Source: Welwitschia mirabilis
Taxonomy: Eukaryota
Assembly (NCBI GenBank): GCA_051453625.1
Contig: JBOZIK010000001.1
Span: forward strand, 27,150,085 to 27,199,866
Length of the DNA: 49,782 bases
Direction: 5' to 3'
Each line of letters starts with the position of its first letter. The stretch's first letter is position 1. Below are positions 1 through 12,683 of this stretch, in pieces. Both the position numbers and the translations under genes were made by a program. A model generated the notes under the pieces. It saw only the letters and a program-made list of their open reading frames with translations, did no database searches and was not told where the DNA came from.

Positions 1-190
1 GAATAATCATCTGAAAATACAATTTATCTATATCTATAGGAAATCTTCATGAATTATATGATAAACTGCATGTTTTTGTCTTGTGCTCCTTGATTCTCAA
101 TTGTCATAGAAACTGAGCATTTATCTGTTATTTTATCTGCAAAACAACCCAAAATACCCTATCAAATACACTTAAGTTGGCATCGCAATA
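1..190 (-). repeat. Outer end of an Athila-like LTR (element D family), inserted into the integrase of element C
   Basis: aaaataccctatcaaatacacttaagttggcatcgcaata matches the LTR termini ending at 36892 and 44504. It is followed directly by integrase-coding sequence, not by a PPT. Confidence 0.85.
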
Positions 191-2752
191 GTAGGCGAAT
201 AAAAACCAGAGTGAAGAATTTTCATTATACTCTTTTAGCCACTAAAGTATCTTCCAAATACCCTACTATGGCAAAGGTTTAGGATCTTTAGGTTTTCTAA
301 TTTAGACACACACTTATGCATGACTTGGTTTTTACATCTTTGGTAAAGATGGAGTTCATTTCATTCATAGTCATCAATCCTATGAAGAAATGATTTTTAT
401 TGGTTATGATTCTAATGCTAAGGTGTTTTTATGGTAATAAGGTAGTTCACAATATTATCATACTAAGAAGCAGGATGAGTAGACAAGATGACATAAAGTT
501 ATTTAATAGTAAATATTGTTCATCCAAAAAGGAGTCATTTATGAGGAGTTTATTATAAAAACAAGGGAGTTAAGATAAGTGATATGTAATGCTATTATCT
601 TTTTAAGCCTTTTCAATGATGGTAAAATTAAATTCTTGCATGTGAAACATTCACCTAATGAGCATGGGACTAGAATTGTTCTTAGTCATAAGATAGTATA
701 TGGTTGCATGATCTATATAAACATTGGTATGAAAGCCAAGAAGATAGTGTTTAAGATGATGAAAGGAAAACATAATGGTAATCATTTATCTTTTAGTAGT
801 ATAGTTGGATTGGATCTTAAATAAAGTTTTACTAAAATAGGATATGACTTTAAGATCATTTTCATATTTTTAATGAAGAGCCCCATCCACAACAGTGTTG
901 CTCACATCACACATGAGTTTAAAATTTTTAGTCCAATTAGGATCCATGATAATAGTTTAAGAAGAACTTTTATCCATAAGTGTATCAAAAGTAAGTTGAC
1001 ATGAATCATCCTAATTAAATATAGCTTTTATTTCAACTAATAAATAAAGATATTTATAAACCTTAGCATAATTTTGAATAAAATAATGATAGAAACTAGC
1101 ATGACCAAGGAATGATCTAACTTATTTAACATTAGTTAAAGGATTAAGGTTTTTAATGATACTAACTTTTATAGGATCCATCTTAATCCCTTCATTAGAA
1201 ATGTAATGACCTAAAAATAATTCCATTGTTGTTAAGGAGGAAACCTTTTTTCTAGCTCAAGTGTAGGCCACTCTCTATACATTAATTCAAGACTTTATCT
1301 AATCTTTCTATGATTTTTTTAAAAGTTTTTCCAAGGATGGAGTATTCATCCATAAATATTTCAATAACATCCTCTCTCATGTTAGCAAAATTACCCATCA
1401 TCACTCTTTGGAAAGTTCCAAGGGCATTATAAAGTCTAAACGACATACTTCTAAAAGCAAAAGTTTCAAAGGGAGAGGTAAAAGTTATTTTTTCTTGATC
1501 TTTACTTACTATATAAACTTGATTATAGCCACTTCACCCATCAAGAAAATAATAGTATGCATGTCCTTAAATTCTATGAAGTACTTAATCAATAAAGGGT
1601 AAAGAGCAATGGTCCTTTTTAGTGACCTAATTAAGTTTTCTAAAATTAATGCATATTTTCCATTTCCCACCCTTTTTTAGAACTACTATTAAAGGGATAA
1701 TTCACTCACTCTTAGATATATCATAAATGATCATGACTTTTATAACTTTAATAACTTTATCTTTAACTACTTGCTTAAGGGCTAGGTTGAGCTTTTGTTG
1801 GGGTTGCATTACTAGTTTAGCATTATCTACAAGGTAGATTTTATGTTGAATTATGGAAAGAGGAATGATAGCTAAGTCTTTATGAGTCTAGGAAAAAACA
1901 TCTTCCTTAAAAGTTAAAAGTAAGACCAAGTTGGATTATTATTGAGGAGTAAGAAGGTCACTTATTATTAAATGATTCTTTGGATTATTAAATAGAAAAA
2001 TGTATTTTAGATCTTTAGGTAATTCTTTTAGTTCTAATTGGAATTTTTAAGTTGGAGTACTAAATTGTCATTAATGACTATTATCTTAGGATTTTGTAGG
2101 AACAACATCAAGGGATGACAGCCTTTAAAATATTTTCCATTAAGTAAACATGTTGGATTTTCTCCTAGTTAAAAAATTGACCATCCTCATGCTCAAAATA
2201 GTTTATTTCAATCAGATTACTATATAAATTTGGTTCATGTAGCATTATCAATATCTCCTAAATTGAGTGATTCTGTAAAAATAAGGTTGGTTCAAGTTCT
2301 TCTTCTAAATTATACACATTCCTATTTCTTTTTTAATAGCATCAAAACCTCTAACAATAAACCTCTTATTATCTATATGACATTCTATCATTCTGGTCCA
2401 TGTGTCAATGATACAGTGGAAAGTTGCATAAAAGGTTCTTCCTAAGAGTAGTGAATAATATCCATCATCTTCTACCTCAATAATAACCACATCTATGGGG
2501 TAAAAATCTTCTTCTATTTGGATAATTAAGTCCTTGATAATCCCTAAGGGTTTCTTAATTAAAGTATTAGCTAATTCTAAGATGATTTATATAGGTCTCA
2601 CTCTGTTATCCAACCTAAGTCTTCTACATATATGACAAGGCATAATGTTGACATTAGCTCTTATGTCAATCAAAGGTTTTAAAATTATTTTATTTTCTTC
2701 TAAAGTGACACTTACTATTGCTACCATAGGGTTCTTGAATTTAGGACACTTT
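191..2752 (-). pseudogene. pol: Element C pol remnant: protease, reverse transcriptase, RNase H, start of integrase (many stops and frameshifts)
   Basis: Minus-strand translations: PR LIDIRANVNIMP (~2640-2675); RT WKICINFRKLN*VTKKDHCSLPFID (~1590-1665), DQEKITFTSPFETFAFRSMSFRLYNALGTFQR (~1405-1500), IEIFMDEYS (~1340-1367), FLGHYISNEGIKMDP (~1176-1220); RH PNWTKNFKLMCDVS (~900-940), VYIDHATIYYLMTK (~682-723); INT N-terminus ILNLCHS..ILHSGFYSPT (~191-290). Domain order is gypsy; the motifs are Athila-type. Confidence 0.9.
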
Positions 2753-4272
2753 TGTTAGATTATGTTTTATCAATTGATGTCAAACTGATGTTTTTTATAT
2801 AGCAAATTTTATGTATCTTATGTAAAAGATGTTAATTACTTATAGGTTAAAAGATAAAATCAAAATCATCAAATTCTGAGCACTAGAAACCTATTAGTTA
2901 TTTTATCCTTTTAAGGGATCGACTAGAGTTTCAATGGGTTGACTACATCTAGAGTAGATAGATAAAATAAACTGAATCTAGAGGGGTTAACTAGATTTTT
3001 GATGGGGTTGACTAAATCTATAACCTCAAGAACCAGTGTCCCTGAACTGAATGGTAAGGGATCGATTAGAACTTTATGGGGTTGACCAGATTTGAGAACC
3101 TAATAAAAATTATCATTAGACTTAATGACAAGGAGTTGACCAGACTTATGATGGGGTTGATAGAATTTATGAACTAAGGAATAGTACTCTTAAACTAATT
3201 GTTAAGAGGTTGACTAGACTTGAGCACTATGCAACTGATACTTCTAAACTAATCATCATAGGATTGATTGGACACCTAAAGGGGTCGATAGGACATGATG
3301 CTAGAAACTAGAAAGATTTTTATTAGGATAAGTGAGTGACTAGATTTTGTAATAGGTGACTAGACTAGGATCAATCAAACCTAGATGGAGTCAACCAAAT
3401 ATGAAGCCATAAGAAATTGAGGTGACCAAAATTTTCACTCACGCGACTTGTGTAAGTCATGACATCAGATGAGATTAACCAGACTTTGAAAGGATCGACC
3501 AAACGAAATAGAACTAAAATTTTCTATCCATTATGTATCCATTATGTATCCATTAGATAGCCATTTCCTAGTTGTTTATAGCCATTGAAAGAACATTTCA
3601 AATCTAATAAAACCCTAAAAGACTTTCAATACAAATAGCCAAAATATAGATGACTAAAAAATATTTTAGAACCATTATTAATTATGTTAATCTTTTGGAT
3701 CTAAAGAACTAGCACTGTAATCTTGAGATATCTGCTATTAAGTTTTGACATCTGTACTTCTGACCAAGGAAGATCTATTGCCTGTATTATCTTTACATTC
3801 AAGATCAGATCTAGTGCTTCATCTATTGTACATCTATAGGATAAGAACTCCATCAAACCTACTATATCAAGAACGATTTATATTTATGCATCACAACATG
3901 ATTACAATCACTACTAAATACTCTAAAGGTTGATACTGAGCCTATAAAAGTCCATTTGTAAAAGTCATAGGTGAACCTACAATACCTAGAAGAGTTAATA
4001 AAGATTTAGATCAAGCTTACGGGTAAGCTGATCATCAAGAGTGGAGTAGAGGATTTCTCGAACCACTATAAAATCCTATATGCTCATCTATTTGGTATTT
4101 TGTGCTTTTAGTTAGTTCATTTGCTTACTTCTGTTATTTTTCCTTTTCATTCATGTTTTGGATTAGTGAATTAATTTGTGCAAATTCTTGATATATCTTT
4201 GATCTGCTTAGAATACATTATTTTAAAGTTTAAGAACCTATTTTCCCCTCTTTAGGATTTTTGATCCTATCA
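2753..4272 (+). repeat. 5' LTR of element A
   Basis: Starts tgttagattatg and ends gatcctatca. Colinear with 8856-8901 joined to 16693-18180. Confidence 0.92.
2912..3503 (+). repeat. Degenerate ~73-bp tandem array in the U3 of A's LTR; each unit has two GGGGTCGACYAGA-like motifs ~21 bp apart
   Basis: Recurring aagggatcgactaga / ggggttgactaaa / ggggttgaccaga / ggagtcaaccaaa. The same array is in the 3' LTR at ~16806-17415. Confidence 0.8.
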
Positions 4273-4287
4273 ATTGATATTAAAATC
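4273..4287 (+). promoter_or_regulatory. Degenerate primer-binding site of A (initiator tRNA-Met type)
   Basis: attgatattaaaatc lies directly after the LTR and is consistent with ATTGGTATCAGAGC eroded by transitions. Confidence 0.6.
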
Positions 4288-4337
4288 AGTTAAGTATTTT
4301 GTTAGATTTTAACTGATCTAGACTTCATAACCTTATA

Positions 4338-7300
4338 ATGAGTATTTTCTTTGATGACTTTTCAAATATGCCATTCCTAGATACCTATACTTTTATTTAT
4401 ATATTTTGGATATCATGTGGATATATTTTAAAATAGATTACAACTAGTAAAAGTATATAAAAGTTAAGTGAAAGTAACAAATGAAATGCTCAAAAATCTG
4501 ATAAAAAAAGGAGACTTTCCTTTATGGAACTTATGCCTTATTTACAAAATGTACCCAATACATTAAATCATGATGCCCTTGATGTGATTAATGAAGAACA
4601 ACATGAACTAGAAGATATCTATAAAGAGCTATACCAAGAATGTGAAAAGCTAGCTAAAAGAATAAATGATCTAAACAAGATTGTAAAATTTCTCACCAAG
4701 GAAAAAGAGGAAATGGAATAAAGTTTTAAAAGAATCAAATTAAAAAAATTTAACCTCACTTTATAGGTAAAAGAGTTATCTTATTTTGTTAATAAATTTT
4801 TTGGTGGATCTACCAAATTAGAATTGATACTTAGAGTTCATAAACCTATTGGTAACAAGTCAGGCATTGGCTTCATCTCTTAAAAACCTCAAAGGCAGCA
4901 AAATCAGATAACTTGTGATGGTAAGTTCTTTTAAAAAGTTATTTGTTATTTCTATATAATAATTAGTCATTTAAAAATCTTATGTAATGCTAAAAAAATA
5001 ATATTATTTTTAAACTCAGTTAGTACCTTTTCATTTAAATCTATTTCTAAAGAAGATATACCACATAAGTTTAAAAGGACTATGTGGGTAAATGCTAATA
5101 ATCTTAAAAGTATTTTAATTTAGACAACATTCAAGGCTTCAAATATCACAAGCTGTTATTTAGATAATGGGTGTTTAAGGCATATGACAAGAGATAAATC
5201 CAGATTCAAGAAACTAAGAAACTTTGATGGAAGAGAGGTGATTTTTGGGGATAATGGAAGAGTAAAAATAGAAGGCATTGAATACATTAGTGGAGGTAAC
5301 CTTCTTAGAATTTATGAAGTTTTGTATGTAAATGGTTTAAAAAATAATTTATGAAGCATTAGTCAAATTTGTGACAAAGGTCGTAAGGTAGTATTGGATA
5401 AATCAAAATGTAAAATTTACATGGAATATTGAATGATGTAATTCTTAAATAACGTAGAACAGAAAATGTATATAGCATAGATCAATCATTTTTTTCATGT
5501 TATTTTTCAATTGTTCCTTAAGAAGAGCTTTGACATAAATGTTTAGATCATGTTAATTATGATTAGTGTAAAATGATTATTCATAAAAACATTGTGAAAG
5601 GTATCCCTAAGATAAATGTAGAAAAACAATATTTGTGTGATGCTTGTTAAAAGAAAAATCAAATTAGGATTTCACATAAAATCAAAAACCAAACTTACAC
5701 ATCTATGCTATTAAAGCTTATTCATATGGATCTAATAGGCCCTGTCCAAACTCAAAGTCTAGGTAGAAAACATTATTTTATTACTATGGTTGATGATTTT
5801 TTTAGATATACTTGGATAGCCTTCTTTTCAAAAAAATATAAAGCTTACAAATATTGGATTAAGATGTGCAACAAGATTCAAAATAAAAATCAATATACCA
5901 TGAAAAAATAAGAAGAAATCATGATGGTGAATTTGAGAATTATTTTTTTAAGAAATATTACATTGAAAATGAAATTTATCATTAATTTTATGCTCCAAAA
6001 ATACCACAACAAAATGGTATATCTGAAAGAAAGAATAGAGTTCTCTAAACAATGACATAAACTATGCTAAACGATAAGGAGGTTCCAAAATTTTTTTAGA
6101 CTAAGACAATTAGCATAGCATGATATATTATTAATAGAGTATATCTTAAAATTAATATAGATAAAATGTCATATGAGTTATAAAAATGAAGACAATCTAA
6201 TGTATCATATTTTAGGGTTTTTAAAAGTAAATGCTATGTGTTGAAAGATAGAGAACATTTTAGCAAATTTGAGTCTGAAGTAAATGAAGCTATCTTCTTG
6301 GGTTATTCAACTAGAAGTAAAGCCTATCATGTTTTCAATAAGAGAAGCTTAATAGCAGAAGAATCAATAAACATGAAAATTAATGAGATTGACATAAGAT
6401 CAAACTACATAGATGAAGAGAAAGTCATAACTACAAGTATCCCCATAACCAATGAAGGTTCTAATAAACGTAATAAAGTTTTAGTAAAGAAAGGAATACC
6501 AAAAAATCCCAAATTACTTAAATATCATCCTTTAAAATCTATTATTAGAGAAGTTAACTCAAAAATAAAGATAAAAGAATCTATGAAAAATTTATGTGCT
6601 TACATTTATTATATTTCAAAAAATAGAACCCAAGAAATTTAAAGAAGTAGAAATTTATGAGGAGTAGATAATGGCAATGCAAGATGAATTACAATAATTT
6701 AAAAGAAATAATGTTTAGAAACTAGTAGGGGCTAAAAGATAAAAATTTCATTGTAACTAGGTGAATTTTTAAAAGCAAATGTGATGAAGAAAATAATGTC
6801 ATGAAAAACAAGGCAAGATTAGCAGCATAAGACTATAATCAAATAGAAGACATTAATGTAGGAGATACTTTTGCTCCATTTGCAAGACTAGATAGCATTA
6901 GAATGTTTTTGTCTTTTGCATCTTTCAAAAATTTCAAAGTTTATTAAATGGATGTAAAGAGTGCTTTTCTAAATGATACTTTAATTGAAGAAGTCTATGT
7001 AGAACAACCAAAAGGTCTTATTAATCCTTATAAAATTGATCATGTATATAGACTTAAGAAAGACTTGTATGGATTGAAACAAGCTCCAAGAGCATGATAT
7101 GAAAATCTAGCCGTATTTTTAAATGAAACTAGACATATTTAGGGAACTATAGATGAAAATTTATTTGTAAATAACTTGAAAAATTATTTCATTATTATAT
7201 AAGTTTATGTAGATGATATTATTTTTATTGCTTTAAATGAAAAGCTATCAAAATAATTTGCAAATATTATAATAAATCAATTTGAAATGAGTATTCTTGA

Positions 7301-8135
7301 TGAAGTAAAAATGTTTCCTAAACTTTAGATCAAGTAATCTAAAGATGGAATATTTTTTTAATCCAAATATACAAGAGATTTAATCAAATATTTTGCATTA
7401 AAAAATTCAAAAACAATTGACACTTCTATGTCTACATTATGTAAAGTAAGTTTCAATAAAAATGGCAAACTAGTGGATCAAAAACTTTATAAAGTTATGA
7501 TTAGTAGTTTATTATATTTGACCATAAGTAGAACATATATTATGTTTAGTATTGGAGTTTGGGCAATGTATTAATCCCAACCAAAAGAATCACATCTACA
7601 AGTAGTAAAAAGAATAATTAGATATGTAAAAGGCACATGTGATTATGACTTATGATATCCCATTGAGACATCTTTCAAACTTACAAGTTTTAGTGATGTA
7701 TATTTGGCTAGTTGCAAAGATGATAGAAAGAGAACAAGTGGAAATTGCTTTCTATTAGGTTGATGTTTAATATATTGAGCAAGTGAGAAACAAAATTCCA
7801 TTTCTCTCTCTACTACAGAAGTAGAATATATTACAGTAGGTAGTTATTGCACTCATCTTTTATGGATGAAAGAAATGCTAAAGGATTTCAGTGTTAATCT
7901 TAAATAAGTCCCTATTTTCTGTGATAATACTAGTTCTATCAACATATCAAAAAGTCCTGTTTAGCACTCAATAATGAAGCATATTAAGCTAAGACATCAT
8001 TTCCTATGAGACTAAGTCAAAAAAGGACACAGCTCGATGAACTTTATTATTATAGACCAATAACTGATAGATATTTTTACTAAACTCCTAAATTTTGATA
8101 CTTTCTTCATCTTAGAAATGAACTGAGGGTTATCT
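4338..8135 (+). pseudogene. pol: Element A gag-pol remnant (short gag, PR, INT, RT, RNase H)
   Basis: Coiled-coil gag piece 4524-4721; PR CYLDNGCLRHMTRDK (~5154-5198); INT LIHMDLIGPVQTQSLG (ORF 5705) and FSKFESEVNEAIFLGYS (ORF 6238); [10 protein letters not shown] (~6948) and YVDDIIF (~7206); RH DIFTK (~8070). Many stops. Confidence 0.92.
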
Positions 8136-8843
8136 TGCCATCCTATGGCTAATTATAAAACAGTTAACTAGATCCTTGATTTGATTGACTAGACATGATT
8201 ACTCGACTAGTTTAACAACTCAGTTTCCTAGAACCTCTCAGTTCTATAGGTCTTTTAGTGGAAGTTGACAGTGCAGAATAGAAGTCTTTGCCTATATTTC
8301 TTGTTCTTATTCTATTTATATGTTTATATTTTTCTTATAAACTTTTATTCTCTTCTTTATCATCAATGTCAAAAGGGGAATAATTAGTTGTTTGTTCTTG
8401 AATATTTGTTTATGATTTCAAATGTTTGCATATGTTTAATGAAATCTATATCCATTTTATTTTAATGCTCTAAATTGTTTTCATTTAGTATCTTAAACCT
8501 TTTTATGCTTATGCAAATAATATGTGATTAACATGTTTCCCTATTGATATTATATGTGCTTAACTTAAAATTTTAAAGTCTTCTAGCGTTGGAGGTAAAT
8601 TTTAAAATGTGACAACTGATCAAAATATTAAAAGGTTTATATAATCACATTATGCTTTTCTTAAAATGTGTGCTTTTAACCCTTAAATTATGCATATTAA
8701 ATTTGTTCCATTTCAAGTACAAAGTTTGATTATGTCTTAACTTCATTTCAAAAGGTACAATAATTTTTAATAAGCATTTTATAAAGGGGATCTTTTCTGA
8801 GCCCTAAAATTTCCACAACTAGGTATTATTTGCCATCAATGTT

Positions 8844-8855
8844 AAAGGGGAAGAT
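8844..8855 (+). promoter_or_regulatory. Polypurine tract of A, with extra upstream PPT-like copies at ~8371 and ~8783
   Basis: aaaggggaagat abuts the 3' LTR. Similar aaaaggggaa and aaaggggat occur upstream; multiple PPTs are typical of Sireviruses. Confidence 0.85.
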
Positions 8856-8901
8856 TGTTAAATTATGTTTTATCAATTAATGTTAAATTAATATTTTCTA
8901 T
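8856..8901 (+). repeat. 3' LTR of A, first 46 bp (before the B insertion)
   Basis: Matches 2753-2798 with 7 transitions. Confidence 0.9.
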
Positions 8902-9970
8902 TATTGTGGTATGTATTTATATAGGCTTTTACATTTAAATAGATTTTGTCATTAATAATTAAAATAGATATTATGCATAATGCATCATACTAGAATAATG
9001 GAAGTAACCTAAAATGTCATTTCTCATTGAAGTCTATCTGTAAAAAGACTCACGTTGCTTTTGCAAATAATCTTAGGAACCACAAATGGTAAATAATAAT
9101 TTAAGCAAAATTAAACTACCATGAAAAGTACAAGATGCAATCTAAACTAAAATTCAATGCAAATGAATCCTAACCCTACTTATTTTTCAGCTCTAACAAG
9201 GGTTTCCCTTGATAATCTATATCATCTAAGAAATTGTTATTAGATCTTGAGCAATACTAGACTATAAGAAACATAAGAAATCCTACATGCAAATAATATA
9301 AACATGTAAAGAAAACCAAGATTTATATTAAAAAGTATAACATTCATCTAGGTTACAAAATAGCCAGGTCTTAATAGAAGATACTCAACCTTCTACCAAC
9401 AACTCTTCTTTCTACAACTCACAAAGATGGATCTCCCATCCTTTGTTCTTCTATCACAAGAATCTCTGGTGCATCGAAGATGGAAAGAAGAGTAGAAGGG
9501 GGGACTTATTTATAGGAAATACAAAAAAAATGATAGTCATAAGGTGTAGTTACATCACTTATTTAGCTCTTAGAAACATATAAAACGGCTGAGAGAATCT
9601 ATCAGTGAGAGTCAGTGTCCTCTACGCTATTATTCAAATGACCTAGGGGATGACAGACTATTTACAAAATATCTTTAAAATGTGACTTAGCAGTCCACAT
9701 AAGTAGTTGTCATTCTGCTTGTTGTGTGGATGATAGAAGGGATGACGATCTTATTTAATGTATTTCTTAAGGAGAAACTTAGCCAATTTGTCAAGAAAAG
9801 CTCTGTTCACTAGAAAGTACCTTAAATATGTTAAATTTAAATAATATCTGCACTTTTTCAAGATTTCCTCTTATATCTCCAAAATCCTCAGAATTACACT
9901 AAAATGTGTATAAAAGTCTTGTAAAACAATTCATAAAACCCATCAAATAATCATAAATTGGCATATAACA
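8902..9970 (-). repeat. 3' LTR of B
   Basis: Colinear with 15629-16687 and flanked internally by the PPT. Confidence 0.92.
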
Positions 9971-9987
9971 TAGCCCTTCACTTAGCC
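9971..9987 (-). promoter_or_regulatory. PPT of B
   Basis: Reads ggctaagtgaagggcta on the minus strand. Homologous tracts abut the 3' LTRs of D (36893) and G (46187). Confidence 0.75.
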
Positions 9988-11322
9988 TTTATTCGTTTCT
10001 AATAATAACTAGGCAGAAAAAAACATAATTACAAGCCAATTTACTTTGATAAAAGATCATCTGGAAATCATAAAACAAGCTCATGAAAACACATCATATG
10101 AATAGATAATAAGTTATGCATAATGTGTATGAATATTTGAAAATTTTATGTCATAAAAGTTCTAAAAAATTTTTTAAAAAAAAGAGTGATGTAAATGGAT
10201 CTGTATCCCTACCCCAAAGAAAAAGATAATATGTCCCATATTGGAAAATAAAGCAAAGACAGTAAATGGGAGTGGAAATGTAGGAAATGGAAATTAGAAT
10301 AAGCTTTCAAAACAAAGTGCAAAGCTAAGTAATCTCAAATTTAAAAAGATAGAGATATGAAATATGTTGACAAGTAAAGAAAATGTGGACAAAAAGTATT
10401 TTGCCATAAAAAGAATATGAGCAGCACTTTACAACACTATAAATTTGAAAAATAACACAAATTTAAATAAGAAATTATCTTTTATTAAAAAATAAAATAG
10501 GAAAACATTCTAAGAAAATACAGTAGTGGATTTAAAATTACTAACCAAACCATAAAAGAAAATAAGAACAATGGGTAGAAGATAACATAAATAAAAGATA
10601 GCTTACTGATCTAACATTTTAACCTAGCAATTTCCAATGAAAGTAATCATAACATGACTTGATGTGAAAAATGCATGACTTAATGTATAAAAATTCCATT
10701 CAATAAGGTAGTGATTATGACAATGCTAAAGGAGAATGATTTTAATAATGAATGATCAGATCAAAGAATTGCTCAAAAATAAACTCTCCTACTATCATCT
10801 CAAAACAAATATCAAAATATCAAGAAATGAAATAACCCATGTGGAAATACTAAGAGTCTAGGAAACAATCAATGCCTCTGATGACACCAGGAACACCACT
10901 AATCCCATATCCTCAAAGTTGAAATACAACTTATTTTCCATAATGAGAAGACTACAACCACTCTTAGAGAAGTAAGGACCCATAAAGCATAACTAACTAA
11001 CCTCCCAGTGGAGTTCTCATAACTACTATATTACACTGCAAAAGGCTCCTCTTAGAAATATTTGCCCCAGTGTACTTATGATAGGACATCATGGTGACCA
11101 TGTTTTTGAGATAGAAATAAAAAACATTATGGTCTTTGTTCACTTTTTTAAAAAAAATAAAACTACATTCTACATGACCAAACACTCCAAAAGGAAAAAG
11201 GTAAAAGTCAAAAGATTAAGACAAAAAAGAACACTCTTAAACAATCTAAGACCCTTTCAGCATTGAGAAAAGCATAAAAAATAAAGCATCTTCCTTCAAT
11301 TGAAGTTCATGGACTTGTGAAT

Positions 11323-11731
11323 NNNNNNNNNNNNNNNNNNNNNNNNNNNNNNNNNNNNNNNNNNNNNNNNNNNNNNNNNNNNNNNNNNNNNNNNNNNNNN
11401 NNNNNNNNNNNNNNNNNNNNNNNNNNNNNNNNNNNNNNNNNNNNNNNNNNNNNNNNNNNNNNNNNNNNNNNNNNNNNNNNNNNNNNNNNNNNNNNNNNNN
11501 NNNNNNNNNNNNNNNNNNNNNNNNNNNNNNNNNNNNNNNNNNNNNNNNNNNNNNNNNNNNNNNNNNNNNNNNNNNNNNNNNNNNNNNNNNNNNNNNNNNN
11601 NNNNNNNNNNNNNNNNNNNNNNNNNNNNNNNNNNNNNNNNNNNNNNNNNNNNNNNNNNNNNNNNNNNNNNNNNNNNNNNNNNNNNNNNNNNNNNNNNNNN
11701 NNNNNNNNNNNNNNNNNNNNNNNNNNNNNNN
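11323..11731. other. Assembly gap, probably spurious. Other gaps: 18336-18783, 25590-25598, 26584-26593, 37771-38761, 40435-40534, 42605-43000, 43710-44417
   Basis: N runs; here an identical 54 bp flanks both sides. Confidence 0.9.
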
Positions 11732-12683
11732 AAAGCATAAAAAATAAAGCATCTTCCTTCAATTGAAGTTCATGGACTTGTGAATATCCTAAGATTGGAT
11801 GAATCCAATCTTACCACTAAAATGTCTAACTCAAAAAAGATTAATCATGGAAATAAATACATAAGTCAAGTTAAAAGATGATTAAGTAATGCCACAATAA
11901 TATTTCAAAGGAAAAAGCTAAGAGAAACTTTAGATAGTTTGCCCGTGAATTGCCAATTTTTACCCATTTACTTCTTGCAATTCTTAAGTAGTTAAGTCAG
12001 AGATTTCAACAGAGCCATTAAAATATATTTTCTTGAAAATAATAGAAAACAAAAATTAAAATTTTATTGATTTTCATCTTTCTTGTTATCTAAATGACAG
12101 AGAGGATGACATACATAAGAAAAAGAAACAAAACATAGAAAATTAATAGAAAAATAGAAAACTGTCAAAAGCGACTGTCATCCAAATTATCATGCGGATG
12201 ACATAGGATATGACTAATTAGTTTTGTAAAATAGAAAATAAAAATTGCAAACAAAAACAAAAAATAGAAATCATAAAATAAAGACAGAGACTCTGAAAAC
12301 TATAAAATGAAAAGTAAATAATAAAGAAAGAAAAATTATTCAAATCCTAAAACTAAAAACACACTTTTATTAAAAAGAAAGAAAGGAAAATAAAGGATTT
12401 GCAGTGGTCTTAAGTTTTTCAGAGAAGTAGGACCCAAACCAGAAATTTACTAATTGATAAAACATAAGAGATATGTAATTATTTTCAAGTAAAATCAATT
12501 AGATAAAGAAAGGAGTAATGGAGAGAACTTTATGATGCCATATCAAACTATAGATTTTAGAAGTCAAATGGGAGTGAAAAGGTAATTTGGATGAAATATT
12601 TTCATGAAATATAAGAGTTTTATTTAGAATATTATAAAGAATATTACCTTTATGTCCATTGAAAATATTTTTCTTTTTGCAAT

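Noticed and set aside
1340-1360. RT active site reading FMDE instead of FMDD
   Set aside because: A single substitution in a pseudogene full of stops gives no evidence of function.
2912-3503. Regularly spaced repeats resembling a CRISPR array
   Set aside because: The repeats are degenerate, the spacers are related to each other, there are no cas genes, and the array is duplicated in both LTRs of a eukaryotic retrotransposon.
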